Part shown: one piece after another, positions 11,058 to 21,887 of the stretch | How the letters are laid out: every line of letters starts with the position of its first letter | Position numbering within the stretch: position 1 is the stretch's first letter | Source of the DNA: Burkholderiales bacterium | GTDB taxonomy: Bacteria; Pseudomonadota; Gammaproteobacteria; Burkholderiales; SG8-41 | DNA length: 36,121 nt | Reading direction: 5' to 3' | Assembly: GCA_019746155.1 (NCBI GenBank) | Contig: JAIESJ010000090.1 | Coordinates: 1 to 36,121 of the forward strand | The notes under the pieces: generated by a model | What the model saw: only the letters and a program-made list of their open reading frames with translations | What the model was told of the DNA's origin: nothing | The model's database searches: none | Translations under genes and position numbers: made by a program

Positions 11058-12386
11058 TCACAATCCATAAGCGATGCGTATCAGCGTGACCGGATGCTGT
11101 TTCTGCGCCGTTGTCTCGCCCATCCCCTGCTTGATATGCCGGCCGGCAATCGCGCAATCGGAACTGATGTAGTCTGGCGCGGCTTCCGCCATTTGACGAA
11201 ACACCGGACGGCCGATTTTCATCGACTGCTCGAAGTATTCGCTTTTTACACCCCAGGTGCCGTCGTGACCGGAGCAGCGTTCAATCGTGGTTACCCGGGT
11301 ACCGGGGATCATCTCGAGCAGCTCGCGCGTTTTCTGCCCCATGTTCTGCACGCGCAGGTGGCAGGGCACATGATACGAGACCTTGCCCAGCGGCTGCTTG
11401 AAGTCGGTCTTGAGCAGGCCATCCTTGTTGCGCAGAATCAGATATTCAAAAGGATCGAACATCGCCTCGGCCACCGCCCTGACGTCCGCGTCAGCCGGGA
11501 ACATGAGCGGCAGCTCCTGCTTGAACATCAGCGTACAGGACGGCACCGCTGCGAGGATCGCGTATCCCTGCCGGGCAAGCTTCGCGAGCACAGGAATGTT
11601 GATTTCCTTGTTCCTCTCCACCGCCTCCAGATCGCCCAGTTCGAGTTTGGGCATGCCGCAGCAGGCTTCCTTTTCCACCAGAGCGGCCGGCACCTCATTG
11701 TGCGCGAGGATTTTCAGCAAATCGTGGCCGATCCCCGGTTCGTTGTAATTCACGTAGCAGGTGGAAAAGATCGCGACCTTGCCCGGCGTGTTCTTGCCGT
11801 CCTTCACGGGAAACGACGTGTCGGGCCGCGCGGTGGCGCGAAATCTGGCACTGTCATACTCCGGCAGCACGCGCTCCCTGTGCACGCCCAGCATGTTATC
11901 CATGAGACCACGCGCAAAACCGCTCTTGTTGGCGGCATTGACCATCTGCACCACCACCGGGATGGTCGCAAGCTTGCCCAGGGTATCGGTGCTGGAGAGC
12001 AATTTGTCGCGGAAACTGACTTCGCCCTTTTTGAACTTGACCGCCTTGGCGCGCAGCATCAGGTGCGGAAAGTCGACGTTCCATTCATGCGGCGGCACGT
12101 ACGGACACTTGGTCATGTAACACATGTCGCACAGATAGCACTGGTCAACAACCTTCCAGTAGTCCTGCTTGGCGACGCCGTCCACCTCCATCGTCTTGCT
12201 TTCGTCGATGAGATCAAACAGCGTCGGAAAAGTCGTGCACAGGTTGACGCAACGGCGGCAGCCGTGACAGATGTCAAAGACGCGCTCAAGCTCCTTCTCA
12301 AGCTTGGCCTCGTCGTAAAAATCCGCGGACTTCCAGTCAAGCGGATGCCGGGTGGGCGCCTCGAGGCTTCCTTCGCGTACTGTCAT
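11058..12386 (-). CDS. Heterodisulfide-reductase-related Fe-S protein (2x[4Fe-4S] plus CCG domains; HdrD/GlpC-like)
   Basis: It has the cluster motifs CHGCRRCVNLC..P and CYLCDMCYMTKCP. CCG-type Cys motifs follow (STCYVNY...ACCGMP; PSCTLM; VPCHLR...RCSGHDG). Confidence 0.85.
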   Translation of the reverse strand: MTVREGSLEAPTRHPLDWKSADFYDEAKLEKELERVFDICHGCRRCVNLCTTFPTLFDLIDESKTMEVDGVAKQDYWKVVDQCYLCDMCYMTKCPYVPPHEWNVDFPHLMLRAKAVKFKKGEVSFRDKLLSSTDTLGKLATIPVVVQMVNAANKSGFARGLMDNMLGVHRERVLPEYDSARFRATARPDTSFPVKDGKNTPGKVAIFSTCYVNYNEPGIGHDLLKILAHNEVPAALVEKEACCGMPKLELGDLEAVERNKEINIPVLAKLARQGYAILAAVPSCTLMFKQELPLMFPADADVRAVAEAMFDPFEYLILRNKDGLLKTDFKQPLGKVSYHVPCHLRVQNMGQKTRELLEMIPGTRVTTIERCSGHDGTWGVKSEYFEQSMKIGRPVFRQMAEAAPDYISSDCAIAGRHIKQGMGETTAQKQHPVTLIRIAYGL

Positions 12387-12391
12387 GTTGA

Positions 12392-12473
12392 GTGAAGGGT
12401 GAAGGGTGAAGGGTGAAGGGTGGTTGCGCGCAAAGGTTTTAACCCTTCACGCATTCACCCTTCACGCATTCAC
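12392..12473. repeat. Heptamer-array hairpin element, copy 1
   Basis: (GTGAAGG)x4 at 12392-12419, a 22-nt spacer containing TTGCGCGCAA, then CCCTTCACGCATTCACCCTTCACGCATTCAC at 12443-12473. Confidence 0.85.
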
Positions 12474-12479
12474 TCGGGG

Positions 12480-12899
12480 TTAATCAGCCAGCGCGTCCAG
12501 CGCTTTCTGGAAGCGGTTGGCGTGCGAGCGCTCGGCCTTAGCCAGCGTTTCGAACCAGTCGGCGATTTCGCCGAAGCCCTCGTCGCGCGCGGTTTTCGCC
12601 ATGCCGGGATACATGTCGGTGTATTCGTGGGTCTCGCCCGCGATCGCCGCTTTCAGGTTTTCCCGCGTTTTGCCGATCGGCAGATCGGTCGCGGGGTCGC
12701 CACAGGCCTCCATGTATTCGAGGTGGCCGTGGGCGTGACCGGTCTCGCCTTCCGCAGTCGAGCGGAACACCGCAGCAACGTCGTTCTGGCCTTCCACGTC
12801 GGCTTTCGCTGCGAAGTAGAGATAGCGGCGGTTGGCTTGAGATTCGCCGGCAAAAGCGGCTTTCAGATTGCCGTGGGTTTTGGATCCTTTGAGCTGCAT
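12480..12899 (-). CDS. Rubrerythrin-family diiron protein (no rubredoxin domain)
   Basis: [30 protein letters not shown]... with ExxH motifs ([15 protein letters not shown]). AAGGAG precedes the ATG at 12899. The track ORF extension to 12986 is rejected. Confidence 0.88.
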   Translation of the reverse strand: MQLKGSKTHGNLKAAFAGESQANRRYLYFAAKADVEGQNDVAAVFRSTAEGETGHAHGHLEYMEACGDPATDLPIGKTRENLKAAIAGETHEYTDMYPGMAKTARDEGFGEIADWFETLAKAERSHANRFQKALDALAD

Positions 12900-12983
12900 A
12901 ACTTTCTCCTTTAAAATCAATATGATACGAAATTCCAGTCGCCCTGAAAGGCTCTGCACCACGCACCTTTCCGAGCGAGAACC

Positions 12984-13011
12984 CACAGAATTAGACTGAA
13001 TCTAATCTGTG
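12984..13011. promoter_or_regulatory. Imperfect palindrome upstream of the rubrerythrin operon (candidate operator)
   Basis: CACAGAATTAGA-CTGA-ATCTAATCTGTG with core ATTAGA-N5-TCTAAT. It lies 85-112 nt upstream of the rubrerythrin ATG. Confidence 0.35.
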
Positions 13012-13071
13012 AACTGAGTATAAACCCACGCTCCAAGCACTGTCAAATCCCGCCGGACCAGACGGCAATAC

Positions 13072-13665
13072 TCAGCGCGCGAGCATGGCTTCAATTTCGG
13101 AAAAGGTCTGCGCCACCTGGCTGGTCTGTATGGCCACACCCAGCTGGCGCGCGATTTGCGTTGCCGAGAACATGCCGCGCACGGTCTGCCGCCCGCTGCC
13201 GTCGACTTCCACGACCAGCGCATGCTGGCGTCCGGCCGCCTTGAGGGTGGCGACGATGTGGCCGACCCTGGCGGCGCGCACGTCTTCGAGATTGAGCACC
13301 TGGAGCCGCTCCTGCGGCGTCATGATGTCACGCACCAGCAACTCTTCACGCCGGATGCCGCGGTGGGCAATGACCTGCATCGGTTTTTCGCCGAGGATAT
13401 CGTTGGCCGTGATCAAGCCCAGCACCCTGCGGTCCTGATCCACGACCAGCAACAGCCGCACGCCCCGCTGGAGCATGCGGCGGTGCGCCTCGTCCACCGC
13501 ATCCCCCGGCAGGATGATAATGGCGGTCACACGGTTGAAATCGGTCAGCACCTGCAGCGCGGGATCGTCAAGCGTGACTTTTTCCGGCACCGGCTGCGTT
13601 GGCTGCGCATAACCGACACCCGGCTGGAGCATGAAGGAAGTCAGGGCCGTGTAGTTTCTGAGCAT
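13072..13665 (-). CDS. CBS domain-containing protein
   Basis: A CBS pair (VTAIIILPGDAVDEAHRRM...LLVVDQDRRVLGLITANDIL; VRDIMTP...ALVVEVDGSGRQTVRGMFSATQI). I chose the ATG at 13665, preceded by AAGGAAG. Confidence 0.8.
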   Translation of the reverse strand: MLRNYTALTSFMLQPGVGYAQPTQPVPEKVTLDDPALQVLTDFNRVTAIIILPGDAVDEAHRRMLQRGVRLLLVVDQDRRVLGLITANDILGEKPMQVIAHRGIRREELLVRDIMTPQERLQVLNLEDVRAARVGHIVATLKAAGRQHALVVEVDGSGRQTVRGMFSATQIARQLGVAIQTSQVAQTFSEIEAMLAR

Positions 13666-13817
13666 GGTTCTTCCTTTCCCTGCCTGGGGTCCCGGCAGCG
13701 TTGAGCATACTGCGGATATTCCGGACCCATCCAAAGTGCCTGAAGTCGTCGTCAGGCCGCGTATCCTGAAGGTAATGGATACAGATACCACCGCCGGCAG
13801 ATCCGGCAGCCCGATCA

Positions 13818-14354
13818 TCAGCTCTCGATGACGCCGATTCGATGGTTCAGGTCGTTTCTGTGCGGGATGCAGCGTTCGGAGCGACGGCGCAGGTAACGCG
13901 CGAGCTCGTTCAATGCCTTCTGGTAGACATCGCGCTTGAATTCAACCACCGCCTCCATCGGCACCCAGTAATCGTTCCAGCGCCAGGCATCAAATTCCGG
14001 TTTTGCGGTCGCGCGCAGACAAACGTCGCAATCGCGGCCAATCAGGCGCAACAGAAACCAGATCTGCTTCTGGCCGCGGTAGTTGCCGCGCCATTCGCGT
14101 CTGATCCACTGAGCGGGGACTTCATAGCGCAGCCAGTCCCGCGTGCGGCCCAGGATTTTCACGTGCCGGGGGTCCAGTCCCACCTCTTCCTTGAGCTCGC
14201 GATACATCGCGAACTCCGGTGTTTCACCCGCCTTGATGCCCCCCTGCGGAAACTGCCATGAATGCTCCCGTACCCGCTTGCCCCAAAAAACCTCGTTCTT
14301 CCAGTTGCAGAGAATGATGCCAACGTTGGGGCGATATCCGTCACGATCAATCAT
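13818..14354 (-). CDS. rppH: RNA pyrophosphohydrolase (Nudix)
   Basis: [17 protein letters not shown]... with the Nudix box [22 protein letters not shown]. It reads colinear with my recollection of E. coli RppH. The 382-codon track ORF is a read-through extension. Confidence 0.92.
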   Translation of the reverse strand: MIDRDGYRPNVGIILCNWKNEVFWGKRVREHSWQFPQGGIKAGETPEFAMYRELKEEVGLDPRHVKILGRTRDWLRYEVPAQWIRREWRGNYRGQKQIWFLLRLIGRDCDVCLRATAKPEFDAWRWNDYWVPMEAVVEFKRDVYQKALNELARYLRRRSERCIPHRNDLNHRIGVIES

Positions 14355-14443
14355 GTCGATCACCCAAAGTCGGTTGCTTGACCTGATTTTTTCACAATTC
14401 GGGAAGGAAGAAAAGCGGGGCCGCGACAATAAGCTCCGGACCG

Positions 14444-15232
14444 CTAGATAAAAAGTCGGTACTCGTCGTGACGGTTCATCTTGCGCAAGCCCTCCACGAA
14501 GCGCGGGAACTCGAGAGCGCAGCGTTGTTGCAGCGCAAGTGCCCGTTGCGCCAGCTCGTCCCATCCAGGATTGCCTGGATGATTCCGGAAAGCAAAAACA
14601 ATGACGTTGCCGGGTTTTTCCGCCGGCAGACACACCGTGCCGCCTGGAAATGCAGTCTTGATGCGTTGCAACGCTTCGTTGAACCGGCGATCGCCCCCCC
14701 ACAGATTGACGACCAGGACGCCGTGCGCGTTGAGCCGTTTGTGGCACGCCTCGTAGAACGCCCTGTTCGACAGTTCCTCGACATGGGATTCGGCGTCGTA
14801 GCCGTCGACCACCACCAGGTCGACGTGCTCGCCGGGGCGCGAGACGTGATCGGCGCCATCGCCGATGACGACCGAAAAGCGCGCATCGTCCTGCGGCACG
14901 TGGAAATACCGGCGCGCAATCGCCACCACCTGCGGGTTGATCTCGATCACCCGGGTAGTCGCCCATGGCAAATGTCGGTAAATAAATTTCGCCAGCGAGC
15001 CGCCTCCCAGGCCGATCATGAGCACGCGCTCGGGTTTTTCGTTGAACAGCATGAAGCCCATCATGCTGCGCGTGTAGGAAAGTTCCAGATCGTACGGCCT
15101 GGCGATGCGCATCGCGCTCTGGACGGTGTCGCTGCCGATATGCAGCGAGCGCACCCCGAATTTTTCACTGACGTAAACCGTTTCCGCGTCGTCGGCCGGC
15201 TTGCGGATTTGCCACCTGGCAAGGAATTTCAT
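14444..15232 (-). CDS. Spermidine synthase-like SAM-dependent transferase
   Basis: It contains [14 protein letters not shown] and DLVVVDGYD, consistent with a spermidine-synthase-like fold. Confidence 0.7.
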   Translation of the reverse strand: MKFLARWQIRKPADDAETVYVSEKFGVRSLHIGSDTVQSAMRIARPYDLELSYTRSMMGFMLFNEKPERVLMIGLGGGSLAKFIYRHLPWATTRVIEINPQVVAIARRYFHVPQDDARFSVVIGDGADHVSRPGEHVDLVVVDGYDAESHVEELSNRAFYEACHKRLNAHGVLVVNLWGGDRRFNEALQRIKTAFPGGTVCLPAEKPGNVIVFAFRNHPGNPGWDELAQRALALQQRCALEFPRFVEGLRKMNRHDEYRLFI

Positions 15233-15361
15233 CGTTTTTTATCCGGCCTGAACCCGCCTATCCCTCACCCTTGCCCAGAGATCGCAAAAAGTTGAGAAAC
15301 TCAAGCCGATCCTCGTCGTGTTGTCCGGTAGAATAAGGGTTTTTGTGGACCCGGAACAAGT

Positions 15362-17074
15362 ATGCGCGTCTCCCAGTTCTTCATTTCGACCCTCAAGGAA
15401 GCCCCGTCCGAGGCCGAAATCGTCAGCCATAAGCTGATGCTGCGGGCCGGGCTCATCAAGCGGCTGACCAGCGGCGTCTATACCTGGATGCCGCTCGGCT
15501 TGCGCGTGCTGCGCCGCGTCGAAGCCGTCATCCGCGAGGAGATGAACAGAAGCGGCGCGATCGAGCTGTTGATGCCGGCCGTGCAGCCGGCCGAGTTGTG
15601 GCAGGAATCGGGACGCTGGGAACAGTACGGTCCGGAGCTGTTGCGCATCAAAGACCGCCACCAGCGCGATTTCTGCTTCGGTCCGACCCACGAAGAAGTC
15701 ATCAGTGATGTGGTGCGGCGCGAGGTCAAAAGCTACCGCCAGCTGCCGCTCAACCTCTACCAGATCCAGACCAAGTTCCGCGACGAGATCCGGCCGCGCT
15801 TCGGCGTGATGCGCGGGCGCGAGTTCATCATGAAGGACGCCTATTCGTTCCATGTCGACAAGGCGAGCCTTGATGCAACTTACCGGGAAATGTACGCCTG
15901 CTATTCGCGCATTTTCACGCGCCTGGGCCTCAAGTTCCGTGCGGTTGCGGCCGATACCGGCTCGATCGGCGGCACCGGCTCCCACGAATTCCACGTGCTC
16001 GCGGATTCGGGCGAGGACGCGATTGCATACTGCCCGACCTCGGATTATGCCGCCAACGTGGAGCTGGCGGAGGCGGTTGCGCCGAGCGCGCCGCGTGCGC
16101 TGCCGAGCGCTCCGCTCGCGCGCGTGCATACGCCCGGCGTCAAGACCATCGCCGAACTTTGCGCGTTCCTGAAAATCTCGGCGCGACAGACGGTGAAGGC
16201 CGTCGTCGTCGATGGCGCCGACGGCCGGCCGGTGCTGCTGATGGTGCGCGGCGATCACGAGCTTAATCTCATCAAGGCCGGGAAGCTGGACGCGGTCAAA
16301 ACCCCGGTCACGTTGGCATCGGCCGAGGCGATCCGCGCGGCATTCGGCGCCGATCCGGGCTCGCTGGGGCCTGTCGGCTTCAAGGGCGCCGTCATCGCCG
16401 ACCGGGCGATCGCCGCCATGGCCGACTTCGTCGTCGGCGCCAACGAGAACGACCACCACTACGTGGGCACCAATATCGGGCGCGATTTTCCGGAACCGGT
16501 TTTTGCCGACATCCGCAACGTCGTTCCGGGCGATCCCAGTCCCGACGGCAAGGGCACGCTGGACATCCTTCGCGGCATCGAGGTCGGCCATATTTTCCAG
16601 CTGCGCACCAAGTATTCGGGCGCGATGAACCTCACCTTTCTGGACGAGGCCGGCAAATCGCAGATCATGGAGATGGGCTGCTACGGCATTGGCGTCACCC
16701 GCATCGTCGCGGCGGCGATCGAGCAGAACCACGACGCGCGCGGCATCATTTTCCCGCGCGCCATGGCGCCGTTCGATCTTGCCATCGTGCCCATCGGCAT
16801 GGGCAAAAGCGCACAAGTCAGGAAGACGGTCGAGAAGCTCTACGCGGAGCTGACCGCCGCCGACATCGACGTCCTGCTCGACGACCGCGACGAGCGCCCC
16901 GGCGTCATGTTCGCGGACATGGAACTGATCGGCATCCCGCACCGCATCGTCGTCGGCGAGCGCGGACTGAAGCAGGGGCAGATCGAATATCAGGCGCGAT
17001 GCGACAAGACGGCACAAGACGTCGCCTTGCAGGACGTGGCGGGATTCGTAAAATCAAGGGTATGCGCAGACTGA
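15362..17074 (+). CDS. proS: Prolyl-tRNA synthetase
   Basis: 570 aa starting [30 protein letters not shown], with the class II motifs [17 protein letters not shown] and GCYGIGVTR. Confidence 0.97.
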   Translation: MRVSQFFISTLKEAPSEAEIVSHKLMLRAGLIKRLTSGVYTWMPLGLRVLRRVEAVIREEMNRSGAIELLMPAVQPAELWQESGRWEQYGPELLRIKDRHQRDFCFGPTHEEVISDVVRREVKSYRQLPLNLYQIQTKFRDEIRPRFGVMRGREFIMKDAYSFHVDKASLDATYREMYACYSRIFTRLGLKFRAVAADTGSIGGTGSHEFHVLADSGEDAIAYCPTSDYAANVELAEAVAPSAPRALPSAPLARVHTPGVKTIAELCAFLKISARQTVKAVVVDGADGRPVLLMVRGDHELNLIKAGKLDAVKTPVTLASAEAIRAAFGADPGSLGPVGFKGAVIADRAIAAMADFVVGANENDHHYVGTNIGRDFPEPVFADIRNVVPGDPSPDGKGTLDILRGIEVGHIFQLRTKYSGAMNLTFLDEAGKSQIMEMGCYGIGVTRIVAAAIEQNHDARGIIFPRAMAPFDLAIVPIGMGKSAQVRKTVEKLYAELTAADIDVLLDDRDERPGVMFADMELIGIPHRIVVGERGLKQGQIEYQARCDKTAQDVALQDVAGFVKSRVCAD

Positions 17075-17694
17075 CGGTCTCGATATTTGCATTGCCGTTT
17101 CTGGCGGCGATCGTCGTGCCTCTGCCGGCATGGGCAGGCGCACAAATCTACGAGCCGCTGTCGGCAAGCGTACAGTCCACACTGTACAAGGCGATCTCGG
17201 ACGAGGCTGTGCCCTATCTGGCGTTCGAAACCGAGAAGGAGGCGCGCGATTGGCTGGGCGTGATGTCGAAGAAACTCGTGAAGCGCATACCGGACCGCGT
17301 GCAGCGCGAGGAGTTTCTGGTTACCGTGCACTACGAGGCGAAGCGTGCGGGACTCGACCCGCAAATGGTGCTGGGCCTGATCCAGGTGGAGAGCAATTTC
17401 CGCAAATACGCCGTTTCGCGCGCCGGCGCCCGCGGTTTCATGCAGGTGATGCCGTTCTGGACCAGACTGATCGGCAGCCATGACCACAACCTGTTTCATC
17501 TGCGCACCAATCTGCGCTACGGCTGCGTGATCCTGCGGCACTACCTCGATATCGAGAACGGCAATCTGTTCCGCGCGCTCGGACGCTATAACGGCAGCCT
17601 GGGCAAGGCCGAATATCCGAACATGGTGGTACGCGCCTGGCACAACGACTGGCGCTACCCGGCGCGCCCCATCGCTACGGCGTCGGTAAAGTAA
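17062..17694 (+). CDS. Lytic transglycosylase domain protein (SLT)
   Basis: It has a signal peptide ([25 protein letters not shown]) and the SLT catalytic motifs VESNF and GFMQVMP. The ATG at 17062 overlaps the proS end by 13 nt. Confidence 0.85.
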   Translation: MRRLTVSIFALPFLAAIVVPLPAWAGAQIYEPLSASVQSTLYKAISDEAVPYLAFETEKEARDWLGVMSKKLVKRIPDRVQREEFLVTVHYEAKRAGLDPQMVLGLIQVESNFRKYAVSRAGARGFMQVMPFWTRLIGSHDHNLFHLRTNLRYGCVILRHYLDIENGNLFRALGRYNGSLGKAEYPNMVVRAWHNDWRYPARPIATASVK

Positions 17695-17723
17695 CCCGCG
17701 GCAGCTGGCGAGGCGCCGGCACG

Positions 17724-19432
<1,709 letters not shown>

Positions 19433-19508
19433 GCCCCGGCCTGGATACGCGCCGTCACTTGCGCGCACATCGGGCGCTCGTTGCGATGGCGCGGCAAAGT
19501 CGCGCCGC

Positions 19509-19889
19509 ATGACGACCGATCGGCTTCGTTATCTGAGCGCGGGCAGCCTGATCGCGCTGATTTTTTTGTGTCTGGCGTGGGAGCTGTGGCTCGCGCCGCT
19601 GCGCCCCGGCGGCTCGTGGCTAGTGTCGAAGGTGTTGCCGCTGCTGGCGCCGCTCATCGGCATCCTGCGTCGCAGACTCTACACCTATCAGTGGTCTTCG
19701 ATGCTGATCCTCGCCTATTTCGCCGAAGGCGTGGTGCGCGGCTATTCGGAAACCGGGCTGCCCGCGCGACTGGCACGCATCGAAATCGCACTGGCGCTGC
19801 TGTTCTTCTTCAGTGTTATCGCCTATGTGCGGACAAGCGCCAGGGAACGCACTGCGTCTAGCGCCGGAAAATCCACAGGATCAGCGTAA
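19509..19889 (+). CDS. DUF2069-like small membrane protein
   Basis: MTTDRLRYLSAGSLIALIFLCLAWELWLAPLRPGGSW..., with four hydrophobic segments. The 3' end overlaps the convergent gene by 32 nt. Confidence 0.6.
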   Translation: MTTDRLRYLSAGSLIALIFLCLAWELWLAPLRPGGSWLVSKVLPLLAPLIGILRRRLYTYQWSSMLILAYFAEGVVRGYSETGLPARLARIEIALALLFFFSVIAYVRTSARERTASSAGKSTGSA

Positions 19890-20058
19890 TCAGCGCCGAG
19901 ACGATGATGCTGGTGGTGAGCGGGAAATAGAATGTAAAACCCTTGCGCTCCACCCGGATGTCGCCCGGCAGGCTGCCCAGCCCGAGCTTGGCGAGCAGCG
20001 GCCACAGCAGCCCCAGCGCCACTAAAACAATTCCTATTGTAATCAACCACTTAGCCAT
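19858..20058 (-). CDS. DUF2905-like small membrane protein
   Basis: MAKWLITIGIVLVALGLLWPLLAKLGLGSLPGDIRVERKGFTFYFPLTTSIIVSALITLILWIF. Confidence 0.65.
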   Translation of the reverse strand: MAKWLITIGIVLVALGLLWPLLAKLGLGSLPGDIRVERKGFTFYFPLTTSIIVSALITLILWIFRR

Positions 20059-20064
20059 TTTCCG

Positions 20065-21609
20065 CTACAGCTGTGGATTGAGCCGCTCGAGCTTGGAGTG
20101 CAGCTTGTTGAGCGCGTTGATATAGGCTTTGGCGGAAGCAACCACGATGTCGGTATCCGCGCCCTGGCCGTTGACGATGCGCCCGCCTTTCGACAGCCGC
20201 ACCGTCACTTCGCCCTGGGAATCGGTGCCGCTGGTGATGTTATTGACCGAATACAGCAGCAGTTCCGCCCCGCTGTTGACGATGCTTTCGATCGCCTTGA
20301 ACGAGGCGTCGACCGGGCCGCTGCCCTGCGAATCGCACTGGCGCTCCGCGCCGCCCTCTGACATGACGATCTTCGCGAACGGCCGCTCGCCGGTCTCCGA
20401 GTGCGCCGTCAGCGACACGAGCCGGTAATGTTCGTTTTCGACGTGCTCGGTCTCTTCTTCCGTGATCAGCGCCTGGAGATCCTCGTCGAAGATCTCGCGC
20501 TTCTTGTCGGCGAGGTCCTTGAAGCGCTTGAACGCAGCATTCAGCGCCTCCTCCGACCCGAGATCGATGCCGATCTCGTGCAGGCGGGTCTTGAAGGCAT
20601 TGCGGCCCGAGAGTTTGCCCAGCGTAAGCCGGTTGGTGGTCCAGCCCACGGCTTCGGCGCTCATGATCTCGTAGGTTTCGCGGTGCTTGAGCACGCCGTC
20701 CTGGTGAATGCCGGATTCATGCGCGAACGCATTCGCGCCGACGATCGCCTTGTTCGGCTGCACCGGGTAGCCCGTGATGCCGGATACCAGTTTCGACGCC
20801 GGCACAATCTGGGTGGCGTCGATGTCGGTGTCGCACGGAAACACGTCCTGGCGGGTGCGCACCGCCATCACAATTTCCTCGAGCGAGGCGTTGCCGGCAC
20901 GCTCGCCCAGGCCGTTGATCGTGCATTCGACCTGGCGCGCGCCGTTCAGCACGGCGGACAGCGAATTGGCGACGGCAAGACCGAGATCGTTGTGGCAGTG
21001 CACCGACCACACCGCCTTGTCCGAATTGGGAATGCGTTCGCGCAATGTCCTGATGAGCCGCCCGAACTGGTCGGGCAAAGTGTAGCCCACCGTATCGGGC
21101 ACGTTGATGGTAGTGGCGCCCGCCTTGATCACCTGTTCGAGGATGCGGCAGAGGAAATCGATATCCGAGCGGCCGGCGTCTTCCGGAGAAAATTCGATGT
21201 TGTCGGTGTACTCCCGCGCCCATTTCACCGCCTTGACCGCCTGCTCGATCACCTGCGACGGCTCCATGCGCAGCTTCTTCTCCATGTGGATGGGCGAAGT
21301 CGCGATGAAGGTATGCACGCGGGGACTGCGGGCCACCCGCACCGCGTCACCGCAGCGCCGTACGTCTTTTTCGTTGGCGCGTGCAAGCCCGCATACCGTG
21401 CTGTCCTTGACGCTTTTCGCCACCGTCTGCACCGCTTCGAAATCGCCGTCGCTCGCGGCCGGGAAGCCGGCTTCGATGACGTCCACCCGCATGCGCTCGA
21501 GCTGGCGTGCGATACGGAGTTTCTCTTCCTTGGTCATCGACGCGCCCGGGCTCTGCTCGCCGTCGCGCATCGTGGTATCGAATATGATCAGTTTTTCCTT
21601 GGCCATCAT
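20065..21609 (-). CDS. leuA: 2-isopropylmalate synthase
   Basis: It contains [13 protein letters not shown] and [13 protein letters not shown] plus the LeuA dimerisation/regulatory C-terminus. The start is ATG 21609 or 21606 (the GGAGAG spacing favours 21606). Confidence 0.97.
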   Translation of the reverse strand: MMAKEKLIIFDTTMRDGEQSPGASMTKEEKLRIARQLERMRVDVIEAGFPAASDGDFEAVQTVAKSVKDSTVCGLARANEKDVRRCGDAVRVARSPRVHTFIATSPIHMEKKLRMEPSQVIEQAVKAVKWAREYTDNIEFSPEDAGRSDIDFLCRILEQVIKAGATTINVPDTVGYTLPDQFGRLIRTLRERIPNSDKAVWSVHCHNDLGLAVANSLSAVLNGARQVECTINGLGERAGNASLEEIVMAVRTRQDVFPCDTDIDATQIVPASKLVSGITGYPVQPNKAIVGANAFAHESGIHQDGVLKHRETYEIMSAEAVGWTTNRLTLGKLSGRNAFKTRLHEIGIDLGSEEALNAAFKRFKDLADKKREIFDEDLQALITEEETEHVENEHYRLVSLTAHSETGERPFAKIVMSEGGAERQCDSQGSGPVDASFKAIESIVNSGAELLLYSVNNITSGTDSQGEVTVRLSKGGRIVNGQGADTDIVVASAKAYINALNKLHSKLERLNPQL

Positions 21610-21726
21610 GCTCTCCAGTCTTGATTCTGCCCGTCAGGCCGCAATGCGGGCCACTGACGGATAAACTTGTGACATCCCCGGGGCGGTAATCTGCGCCCGG
21701 CCGGAACAACGAATTGTGGGATAAAG

Positions 21727-21816
21727 TTATTTGCGCGCGCGGACGCGCAGCAGCAGGCCGGCCAGCAGAAGGCTGGCAAGGGAAAGGAAGATCATGGCCT
21801 GGCTCAAGAAGCTCAT
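21727..21816 (-). CDS. Candidate 29-codon Leu-rich hydrophobic mini-ORF upstream of leuA
   Basis: MSFLSQAMIFLSLASLLLAGLLLRVRARK. Third-position GC is high, as in genes. There is no SD. It lies 72 nt after the pssA stop and 117 nt before the leuA start. Confidence 0.25.
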   Translation of the reverse strand: MSFLSQAMIFLSLASLLLAGLLLRVRARK

Positions 21817-21887
21817 ACGGAGGAAATATAAAGGCTTTTGGAGTCGCGCGCAAGCACCCTCCTGCCGGGCCGCCGGGAGGCGGCGGC

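Noticed and set aside
12392-12420. Whether the tandem repeats could be a CRISPR array or a coding repeat.
   Set aside because: The units are 7 nt with no spacers, there are only 4-5 copies, and they are flanked by a complementary arm. This is incompatible with CRISPR, and the repeats lie in an intergenic spacer.
13818-14966. 382-aa ORF suggesting a very long RppH.
   Set aside because: Only the last 178 codons resemble RppH (the match to my recollection of E. coli RppH begins at [15 protein letters not shown] at 14354). The upstream part overlaps the spermidine-synthase-like gene in another frame and is Arg/Gly-rich.
15239-17017. 592-aa ORF antisense to proS. There are similar long antisense ORFs at 25039..27078, 11094..12395, 20401..21624, 9727..10272 and 14468..15295.
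   Set aside because: Each lies opposite a gene with unmistakable conserved motifs. Their composition is typical of the reverse frame of GC-rich genes, and they have no SD or independent signal.
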